From assembly GCF_963921235.1 (NCBI RefSeq), contig NC_086108.1, forward strand, positions 79,796,001-79,860,000: a stretch of 64,000 bases of DNA, in the 5' to 3' direction. This document shows positions 25,440 to 34,890 of the stretch, piece by piece. Each line of letters begins with the position of its first letter. Within the stretch, counting starts at the first letter, position 1. This DNA is from Mobula hypostoma (taxonomy: Eukaryota). The position numbers and the translations under genes are program-made. The notes beneath the pieces are model-generated. The model saw only the letters and a program-made list of their open reading frames with translations. It did no database searches and was not told where the DNA came from.

Positions 25440-25830
25440 TAATTGCTTTTCACCAGTGCAATGCTATCAATCTGGGCATTAGTGGCATATACATGGGTTA
25501 ACAAATGCCAGGTCAAATCCCACTCCAGAGCCATAAGCACGTAACCTAGGCAGCACTGAGAGGGTGCCACATTATTGAAAACGCCAAAGTTTCTGACAGT
25601 ATGTTCGTCCAATGCCTTTTTGCAGTGTGTAAAAGATCTATTGGCACTTTTTATAAAAGAGAGAAAGATTTATCACATTCTTCATGATATTTCTCTCTCA
25701 ACCTTGTTAAAATGTTTATATTTACTATTTGAGGGCTTTACAACCTGATAATTTGAGTTCTTTTTTAAAAATATTGATTATTTTGTGAAGAACTTTGGGA
25801 TGTCTCAGTGCCATGAAAGGAACTATGTGT
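25440..25830 (+). mobile_element. Ancient Deu-domain SINE remnant
   Basis: gtgtgtaaaagatctattggcactttttataaaagagag...atatttctctctcaacc resembles the Deu domain; L2-like tail gtgaagaactttgggatgtc...atgaaaggaactat. Confidence 0.6.
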
Positions 25831-25914
25831 CCCTCACTTCTTTCATCCTAAGTATCCAATTCATCACAAGTGTACTTGAATAATCAGTGTTTCCGGTAGA
25901 GACCATTCATCAAG

Positions 25915-26001
25915 AACGATGAAGGGTTTCAGCTCAAAATGTTGAATTTTTGTTGTCCTCCATAGATGCTGCCTGAATTGCTGAGTTCTTTCAGCTTTTT
26001 T
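25915..26001 (+). mobile_element. Penelope-like pLTR fragment with decayed hammerhead
   Basis: gatgaagggtttcagctcaaaatgttga...catagatgctgcctgaattgctgagttc; continues after 26640. Confidence 0.7.
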
Positions 26002-26640
26002 ACTCAGTCCTCTTTTATTGTCATTTAGAAATGCATACATGCATTAAGAAATGATACAATGTTCCTCCAGAGTGATATCACAGAAAAACAGGACAAGCCA
26101 AAGACTAACACTGACAGAACCACATAATTATAACATATAGTTACAGCTGTGCAAAGCAATACCATAATTTGATAAAGAACAGACCATGAGCACGGTAAAA
26201 AAAAAGTCTCAAGTCCCGATCGACTCCCGAGTCCCTGATAGCAGGCGGCAAAGGAGAGAAACTGCCTGCCATAAACCTCCAGGCACCGACAACTGCCGAT
26301 GCACCCAACCACAGCCGACACTGAGTCCGTCCATCCGAAAACTTTGAGCCTTCGATACAGCCTCCCGAGCGCCATCCTCTGCTGAGCGCCTCCGACCTCG
26401 CCCCAGCTGCCAAAACAAGCATAGCCAAGGATTCAGGGCCTTCTGCTCCGGAGATTCCGGTTACCACACAGTAGCAGCGACAGCGAAGCGGGCATTTCAG
26501 AAGTTTCTCTAGATGTTCCTCCGTACTCTCACATCTGTCTCCATCAAATCAGAATTGTGCATGGTACCCTACTTGACAGACTACAGATATCATTCACCGG
26601 AGAGGCCGCGCATGCTGCATTGCGTCGCCATCTTCTCCTC
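26002..26640 (-). mobile_element. Short non-autonomous LINE-derived element
   Basis: The minus-strand 5' end is GAGGAGAAGATGGCGACG and CpG-rich; the 3' end is aatgacaataaaagaggactgagt; short ctttt duplication at the flanks; interrupts a pLTR. Confidence 0.7.
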
Positions 26641-26654
26641 CTTTTGTGCATGTT

Positions 26655-28220
26655 TCTCAACATCCTCATTAATCTTTTCTGCACCAGTTTCAGCTTAGTG
26701 ACATCCTTGCTGTAGCTGGGAGACTACAATTGCACACAATATTCTAAATGTGGTACTACCAATGACTTGTTCGGTTGTAACATGATGTCCGAACTGTTTT
26801 ATTCAGTGCCATAACCAATAAGGCAAGAGTGCCAAATGCCTTTTACATCACCCTGTCTACCTGTACCTTCACTTTCAAGGAATTATGTACCTAGAATTAT
26901 GTATCTAGATAATTCTGTTCTAACATCTACTGCATAAATCCTCATAAACCTTGTTGGTATTCCAGTTATATTACCTCTGTCATTCTTTGGGTCACTTCAT
27001 TGACATAGTTGATGTAAATCATGTTGTAATAGTAGTAAACACTATTCATTGTCTACAATGCCACCAATGTTGGTGTCATCCACAAACTAACTTACCATGC
27101 CAAGTTCATTCTCATTCAAATTGTTGATATACACTCAGTTGCCACTTTTTTAGTTGCTCCTGTACACCTGCTCATGAATGCAAATATCTGATCAGCAAAT
27201 CACATGGCAGCAACTCAATACATAAAAGTATGCAGACATGGTCAAGCTGTTCAGTTGTTATTCAGACCAAACATCAGAATGAGGAAGAAATGTGATCTAA
27301 GTGACTTTGACTGTGGAATGATTGTTGGTGGCAGGCAGGGTGGTTGGAGTATCTCAGAAACTGCAGATCTCCTGGGATCTTCACACACAGTCTCTAGAGT
27401 TTACAGAGAATGATACGAAAAGCGAAAAAAAATCATGTAAATGGCAGTTCTGTGGGTAAAAATGCACTGTTAATGGAAGAGTTCAAAGGAAAATGGCCAG
27501 ACTGGTTCAAGCTGACAGGAAGGTGAGAGTAACTCAAATAACCATGTGTTGCAACTGTGGTGTGTAGAAGAGCATCTCCAAATGCACAATATGTCAAACC
27601 TTGAAGCAAATGAGCTACAGTAGCGAACGACCCTGAACAAGTGGCGATTTTATTCGGTACAGAAGGTGTAGATGACAAACAATAGCAGACCCAGTGCTGA
27701 TTCCTACAGTATTCCACTGGTTACAGGTCTCCAATCTAAAAAACCACCACCTAACCCCACCTTCTGACTCCGTCTACCAAGACAATTTTGGACTCAGTTG
27801 GCTAGCAGACACTGGATTTTATGTGATCAAATGTTGTGACGTGTTTACATTGTGGGATCTTATAATTGGCCTTGCCAAAGTCCCTGCCCTCACCAATATT
27901 CTTCACTATTTCTTAAAACAACTCAGTCAGATTTGTAAGTCATAAATGCCCATGCACAAAGCCATGCTGATTATTCTGTATCAGTCCTTGCCTTTCCAAA
28001 TGCTAATAGATCCTCTACCTCAGAATTCTTCCAGTAACTTTCCCACCACTGATGTTAGGCTGACTGGCCTGTATTTCCTATAGCCTTATTAAAATAAAGG
28101 CATAACATTTGCTACACTCCAGTCTTCCTGTACCCCTCCCTAGTCTAAAGATAATGCAAATATCTTTGTAATTTCACCCTTATCTTTCCAAAATGTCCGA
28201 GGATACACTTGAGAATTCAT
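26655..28220 (-). mobile_element. Old CR1 fragments
   Basis: Complement of RPHLEYCVQ (cacaatattctaaatgtggt), DDT (ggtgtcatcc) and NYRPVSLTS (gatgttaggctgactggcctgta) coding motifs. Confidence 0.7.
27132..27670 (+). mobile_element. Non-autonomous Tc1/mariner-derived element
   Basis: TA|cactcagttgcc; ORF 27204-27413 (MRKKCDLSDFDCGMIVG...SISETADLLG). Confidence 0.87.
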
Positions 28221-29753
28221 ATAGTTGCTGGGGACTTTCTTCAAGCAGGCTTAATTGAATTTCTGCTCAATTATCATCAACATATCACCTGCAGCACCAG
28301 GGGACCCAAGACAATCAACCACTATACACTATCTTAAGAAGTACCTACTGTTTCATCTCTAGACCACATTTTGGGAAATCTGATCCTGTGGTTGAACTGC
28401 TCCTACCTGCTTATGGAGAATCTAAATGAGTACACCATGGTTTCATGGACTTTATAAAAGTCAGTCATGGATGAGTGTGTTCCCACAAAATTATTTAAGA
28501 GTCTTCCCTGACCAGAAGCCCTGGATGAACCGGGAGATGCAAAATCCACAATCAGATGGCCAGATTAGTAGCATTCAGATCCAGCAACTGAGTAAAATAC
28601 ATGAGGTCCACGTATGACCTCTGGAAAGCCATCTCAAATGTGAAGTGCCAATTCTGGACCAAACTGGAATCACAGATGGATGCCTGACAGCTGTGGCAGG
28701 GCTTGAATGCTATCACCTCCTACAAAGTAACACCACGTGACATCTGTATCAACAAAGTTTTGTTCCCAAAATAGTTCAATGCCTTTTATGCTCATTTTGT
28801 CAAAACATTCACAAACTACTACAGCACTTGACAATCCTGTGATTTCAGTCTCTGAGGTTGACATTACTGTGTATTTAATATCTCAGTAATAATTGTGTAA
28901 TATTGTAAATATATCCTTTGATTAAGCATTCTTCGCTACTTAAATAATTCATTACAAGTTGTATGTCAAAGTCCGTAAAGTCCTAACGTCGTCACGCCAC
29001 CATGTGATACACTTAAATTAAAAAATGAAGTTGGACCCACATTGTGGATTCCTGTCTTTATCTTGCAATTTATTTTTTTATGTTTTGGAGTTACAAACAT
29101 AACAGTGGTGATGAACTGTTTTTAAAATGAACCGAGACAACTACAGTACCTACCTGCTGAAGTGCAGTGAGAAACAGTTGAGTAAAAAAATAATCACACA
29201 ACATATTTTCTTTCGTCAGAACAGCACATTTTCTTCACAGAAGGAAAGACAATCAATTTTCACAAAGGCAGAAAACAGAAGAATTCAGGAGATCATAACA
29301 GTGATCAGACAATCCAGCTGATAATAATCATAAAAAAGGAGCAGAAATGGCTAGCTACATCGGAAAAATTGACGCATTTGATTACACAAAAGATAACTGA
29401 ATATGTATACTGAACAGATTAAGCAGTATTTTAAAGCAAATGAATTAGCCCATGAGAAGTGAGTACCAGTTTTGCTGAGTGCATTGGGTTTAAAGGCATA
29501 CAGTTTGCTTAGAAATTTAACTGCTGCAAGCAAACCAGCTGAAATTAGCTTTGTTGATTTTGGGAAAGTAACGTAGGAACGTTTAGAACCAAAACCATTG
29601 TTGATTACAGACTGTTTCAGGTTTCATAAACAGAATCAAAAGGAAGGGGAGTCCATTTCATCTTACTTGGCTGGATTGAAGAGATTGTCTGAGCATTATC
29701 AGTTCAGTAATGGGCATAATGATGTACTGAGAGATCATTTAGTTTGTAGAACC

Positions 29754-30549
29754 TGTTGTAAAAAAAATACTACTTCTACTTATAACAATGCTTAGTGAGG
29801 CACAGAGAGATCTGTATTTACTGACAAGTACCTTTATTGTTCTAACTAACAAGTGCATGAAGTCATACACTACATACCTTGTGTGCACACCCGCTAAGTA
29901 TCCCTGACTCTCCTGAACAGTCAAAGAATAGCAAAGGTATTACCTGGGCAAAGGAGTTTATGCTGGCCAGGCGTTCCTCGTTCCGATTCACTACGTGTTT
30001 CACGTAGGGTTGCTCATGCTTGTATCTGCGATGGTTATTCTTCGAAGTTACCGCTACTGGCGCACACAAAGCATCCACTTTTATAGCCATTCCCTATCAA
30101 GTCAAATATCGCATTCCAGTGTCATTGGCCACAGGCCATATGTCTGTCCTTTAACACCTTGTTATTGGCTCTGCTCCAAGCCAGCATCAATTTATTGTCC
30201 TCGTCCCATCAAGCGACAGTCAATAATTTATGGCTTTTTGTTCTCAATCAGCAATGAGCTCGAATCAACCCCAACATTCACAAACCTGCATGTTATAGCC
30301 AACCAGAGAACATCTCACAAATAACTTATTTGGAAATGATCTCCAGTCCAACAGATTACCTGAATCATTGTGTCTTCTTTAAAACATTGATCAAGCCCAG
30401 CATGTCAAGCTCACGAAATGGAGAATAGAGTGTTTTCACAAAATGGCAGCCTCCATCTCCAAGCATGCGGCAAGAACAAAGACTGCTTCTGTTGTTCTTG
30501 ATTCATTTGAATTCACTGATTTGTAGATTGTCATTCTTTTTGGCCAACA
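29754..30549 (-). mobile_element. Solo LTR of a different family inserted into Gypsy gag
   Basis: TGTTG...CAACA termini, TSD aacc/aatc. Removing it restores gag as seen at 60721-60780. Minus-strand CCAAT (~30125, ~30165), TATAAAA (~30079-30085) and AATAAA (~29833-29838). Confidence 0.82.
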
Positions 30550-31029
30550 AATCTTACAAGAAGGCATTCAAAAACATCTCCTAACTGAAGCACAGCTTAC
30601 ATTTAAAAGAGCAGTTAAAATAACAATCAATGGAAACAGCAGACAGAGACAGAGTTGCAGTCAAGAATGTAAGTGAGTGTGAACAGAATTGCAATGTCTA
30701 AACAGAAATTGGCCTGGCTGAACAAATTGTGTTACTGTTGAGGCAGGGGCTCACATACACCAGACCAATGCAGTTTAAAGCTGAAACTTGCAGGAAATGC
30801 AGCAAAGTAGGACACATATAAAAAGCATTCCAGGCATAAAAAAATAAATGAACTATATAGGGAAGAGAAAAAGATTTTAAAAAGTCAAGTTGCAGTTTCA
30901 AAAAGTGCACTCATCTGCATGCTGTTGATGAAAAATCAGATAATTATGAGAATGACACATGACTGGGCAGCCTTGGGATTTACAATGTGAAAACTAACAA
31001 TAGAAAAGTAATATGGCTTACATCAGAAG

Positions 31030-31240
31030 AAGAAGAAAGCCCTTAACTCCCAGTGGAGTCATTCGGATGCCGTCATGATGGCGCATTTTTAGCAGGCTTT
31101 CTTATTTTTACGAGGCCAATTTGCTAGCTCGACGCTCAACCCAGCACGGATGGAAAGCGTGCAAGGGAGCCAGCTAGATTCGAACTTGGGAGCCTTCGCT
31201 CCGAAGTCCGGCGCTGATGCCACTATGCCACCAGCCAGCT
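31030..31240 (-). mobile_element. tRNA-derived SINE with (ctt)n tail
   Basis: A/B box complements ccactatgcca and gattcgaac; TSD tta(c/t)atcagaag at 31018-31029 and 31241-31252; same family as 37127-37321. Confidence 0.85.
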
Positions 31241-31334
31241 TTATATCAGAAGTGAAACGCAAATTCTGAAATAACTAATAGAGTCAACTGAAAGTGAATT
31301 AAGAAAGGTACTGAGTGATGCCACTACTATCTCC

Positions 31335-32005
31335 ATGCTGTACACCATAAACTATTGCCCAACAGATGGCAAGCAGGTACTGATGCCAACCTCTGTGCCT
31401 CATGTTGGAAAGCTTATTGACCAAGGAAGGACCCTGCTGCTCAGAGGATTCATGAAAGTGATGAAAGCAGTGGTCTGATTACAACAGTTTTTGTAGGCAA
31501 CATATCTGAGAAAGCTTCTGATATGCTAATCAGGCAGTTACTTGCAGAATGAGGCTTGGTTTTAAACTGGAAGAGTGTTCAATGAGCTTCAGGAAAGTTA
31601 CATAGATTCAGCTTTTGGTTTTATAAAGAACCAAAATCTCCTCTGTGTGCATTAAGGATATTGCATGCACTTCGAGAGCGAGACAAAAAGCTACTTGTAA
31701 AAGTAGATGTGAAGACCAAAGCCCAGCTGGGTGAATGGAAGGCCAAAAAGAAAGGAATCAAAGGATGTATGAAAGCAAAGGATTTGCGAGTTGATGTTGC
31801 AGACCAAGAGGAGAGGTCAGATTGTAAAAGGAGCAATAAAAGGATTAATAAAGGAGTATTCCAGGGAACTAAATGCAGCTTTAAAAGATCAAGATACATA
31901 TCCTAGAAAGAACAAAAGGACTGGAAGCAAAAGCAAAAGAAGCCAGAACCGGGAGAGAAGTATGGATCAAAGTAGATCCAGAGGCAAAAGCAAAGAGAGG
32001 GTGAG
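31335..32005 (+). pseudogene. RBM25: Processed (intronless) partial pseudogene of RNA-binding motif protein 25
   Basis: Translates to VLMPTSVPHVGK..PRKD..ITTVFVGNISEKASDMLIRQLLAE*GLVLNWKSVQ*ASGKL..F.FYKEPKSPLCALRILH...KKLLVKVDVKTKAQLGEWKAKKK and TKRRGQIVKGAIKGLIKEYSRELNA..PRK, matching the vertebrate RBM25 RRM region as I recall it. Stops at 31550 and 31583; frameshifts near 31420 and 31795. Confidence 0.92.
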
Positions 32006-33582
32006 GAAAGGTGTCCAAAGCTGTCAGAGCTGCTCCTAACACCACCACAGAGAAATCCCCAGAGCATGAGATTGTTTTCATCATCACAAATCTCACCTGC
32101 CAGGCACCTACACATACATAAGTTGAGATGCAATCTACATTGAGTTGGAGTTTATAGCTAATCAGGGAGGACTGTTGTGTATTTAATATTTGAGTAATAT
32201 TGTTAATATATTGTTTGTTTAAGCATTCTTGTTTGATTAAATAATTCATTATGGGTTATATGTGAAAGTACATAAAGGGCATACCTCATCACGCCTCCAT
32301 GTGATATGTGCCCACCTCACTTAACGTAAAAAATTAAGTTAGACTCATATTTTGGACTCACATCTTTCTCTTGCAATTAGTTTTTATGTTTTGGAATTAC
32401 AAAGCACAATAGATATGAGAGCAACCTTAAGTAACGTGACCTCACGGAACGCATCCGGCCCCGATGAGGTAGCTGACCGAGTACTGAAGACCTTTGCTGA
32501 TCAACTGGCTGGAGTGTTCCCTGATATTTTCAACCTCTTGCTTCAGCAGTCTGAGGTACCCACCTACTTTAAGCAGGCTTTAAATTATACTGGTGCCCAA
32601 GAACAACATGGTAACCTGCCTTGATAGCTATTGTCTAGTAGCACTTGCATCCATGGTGGTGAAGTGCTTTGAGATGAAAAATACCAACTCATGCCTGAGG
32701 AATGACTTGGATCGATTCCTATTTGCCTGCTGTCACAACAGCTCTACAGAACGTGTCATTTCATTGGCTCTCCACTCAGCCCTGGAACGGTGAAGATGCA
32801 TACATCAGGATACTCTTCATTGACTACAACTCAGCATTCATCTCCTCAAAGCTAATCAGTAAGCTCCAAGATCTCAGTTCAATATTTCTTTGTACAACTG
32901 GATCCTCGATTTCCTCACTTGCAGACTCCAGTCAGTTTGGACTGGCAACAACATCTCCACAATCTCCATCAGCACAGATGCACCGCAAGACTGTGTGCGT
33001 AGCCCCCTGCTTTACTTGCTTTATCCTTATGACTGAGGCTAAGCACAGCTCCAATGCCATATTTAAATTTGCTGATGACACCATTTCTGGCTGAAGCAAA
33101 GGTGGCGACTAATCAGCATATAGGAGGAAGACTGAAAATCTGGCTGGATGGTGCCACAACAATAACCGCTCCACTTAATGTCAGCAAAACCAAAGAGCTG
33201 ATTATTGACTGCAGGAGGAGGAAACCGTAGGTCAATGACCAGTTCTCATCGGGGAATCAGAAGTGGAGATGGCCAGCAACTTTAAATTCCTTGACTTTAA
33301 CATTTCAGAAGATCTGTCCATGGTTCAGCATGTAAGTGCCATTACGAAGAAGGCATGGCAGTGCCTCTACTTTCTTAAAAGTTTACAAACATTTGGCATA
33401 TCATCTAAAAATTCGACAAACTTCTACAGATGCTCAGTGGAGTGTACACTGACTGGTCCCATCACGGCCAGGAATGGAAACACCAATGCTCGAACAGAAA
33501 AGCCTACAAAAACTTTATCAAGCAACACACATGAAAGATGCTGGTGAACGCAGCAGGCCAGGCAGCATCTCTAGGAAGAGGT

Positions 33583-33625
33583 ACAGTCGACGTTTCAGGC
33601 CGAGACCCTTCGTCAGGACTAACTG
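33583..33625 (-). ncRNA. Minimal hammerhead ribozyme (intact core)
   Basis: Reverse complement cagttagtc-ctgacga-agggtctcggcct-gaaac-gtc-gactgt. Confidence 0.8.
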
Positions 33626-34043
33626 AAGGAAGAGTTAGTAAGGGATTTGAAAGTTGGAGGGGGAGGGGAGATCCAAAATGATAGGAGAAGACAGGAGGGG
33701 GAGGGATGGAGTCAAGAGCTGGACAGGTGATAGGCATCGACTTCTCTGGCTTCCGCTGATGCCCCACCTCCCCCTCGTACCCCATCTGTTACTTATTTTT
33801 ATACACACATTCTTTCTCTCACTCTCCTTTTTCTCCCTCTGTCCCTCTGAATATACCCCTTGCCCATCCTCTGGGTCCCCCCCCCGTCTTTCTTCCCGGA
33901 CCTCCTGTCCCATGATCCTCTCGTGCCCCTTTTGCCTATCACCTGTCCAGCTCTTGGCTCCATCCCTCCCCTCCTGTCTTCTCCTATCATTTTGGATCTC
34001 CCCCTCCTCCTCCAACTTTCAAATCCCTTACTCACTCTTCCTT

Positions 34044-34086
34044 CAGTTAGTCCTGACGAAGGGGCTTGGCCTGAAACGTCGACTGC
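34044..34086 (+). ncRNA. Minimal hammerhead ribozyme (intact core)
   Basis: cagttagtc-ctgacga-aggggcttggcct-gaaac-gtc-gactgc. Confidence 0.75.
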
Positions 34087-34890
34087 ACCACTTCCTAGAG
34101 ATGTTGCCTGGCCTGCTGCGTTCACCAGCAACTTTTATGTGTGTTGCTTGAATTTCCAGCACCTGCAGAATTCCTGTTGTTTGCGTTTTTAAAAACTTTA
34201 TCAAGCTTAGTATGCATTATGATTGACATCAGCTCCTCTTTTGTAATGTTGATAGGTTCCAAGTACTATTCATTTATCTTAATTTCTTTGATCCCATGAC
34301 CTTCTCCACAGTAAATAGAGATTAAAAAAATATTAATTTAAGGCTTTTCCCATCTCCTGTGGCTTCACACATAGACAACCATATTGATTCTTACGGATCC
34401 TATTCTCTCCTTAGATGACCTTTTGCTCTTAATATAATTGTAAAATCTCTTAGGGTTCCCCCTTCCCTTATCTGGCCATGCCTCTCCTTTCAGGGAACTG
34501 TACCTGTACCCTAGGCCTCTCTGTTCATGTCTTCATTTTTCCCTCCTGATATGTTTCTTAAGGGCCAAAAAGGCAACCAGCACTGGCTAATATTTCAGGC
34601 CTTCATACTTGATAAACACTGAGACACACAGTGGAACATCATAAATTTCTAAATTAAAATTACTGAACTTAGCACAGGGTCCCTTAGTGATTCTCCCTGC
34701 TTGGCCAAATACTCCATCCACCACTCACTGAGCCTTTAACAAAATGGATTCACAGAGTCATAGAATGCTACAGGTCAGAAATAGGCACTTCAGCCCATCA
34801 AGTCTGTGCTGAACTATCATTCTGCCTACTCCCAACGACCATAGCTCTCCGTACGCCTCCCATCCATGTACCTATCTAAATTTCTCTTAA

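Larger units (their letters stand above)
28865..32411 (+). mobile_element. Internally deleted Gypsy LTR retrotransposon provirus
   Basis: 5' LTR 28865-29104, PBS tggtgatga ~29106, gag from 29347 (MASYIGKIDAFD), zinc knuckle ~30730-30830, PPT cagggagga ~32163-32171, 3' LTR 32173-32411, TSD gacat/gatat. Confidence 0.88.
28220..33510 (+). mobile_element. Decayed Rex1-like LINE split by a Gypsy provirus (28220-28864 and 32412-33510)
   Basis: AGDF, DQKPWMN and LWQGL motifs before the provirus; ASGPD..VLKTFADQLAGVF, ILFIDYNSAF, KFADDT and FKFL motifs after it. Colinear with the uninterrupted copy at 59430-59530. Confidence 0.85.
33524..34190. mobile_element. Penelope-like insertion made of two inverted pLTRs
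   Basis: Minus arm 33518-33736, plus arm 33735-34190; perfect 16-bp TSD aaaaactttatcaagc (33508-33523, 34191-34206). Confidence 0.9.

Noticed and set aside
31335..32039. Functional RBM25 gene or exons
   Set aside because: In-frame TGA stops at 31550 and 31583, frameshifts, no introns, no C-terminal PWI domain, and embedded in a provirus.
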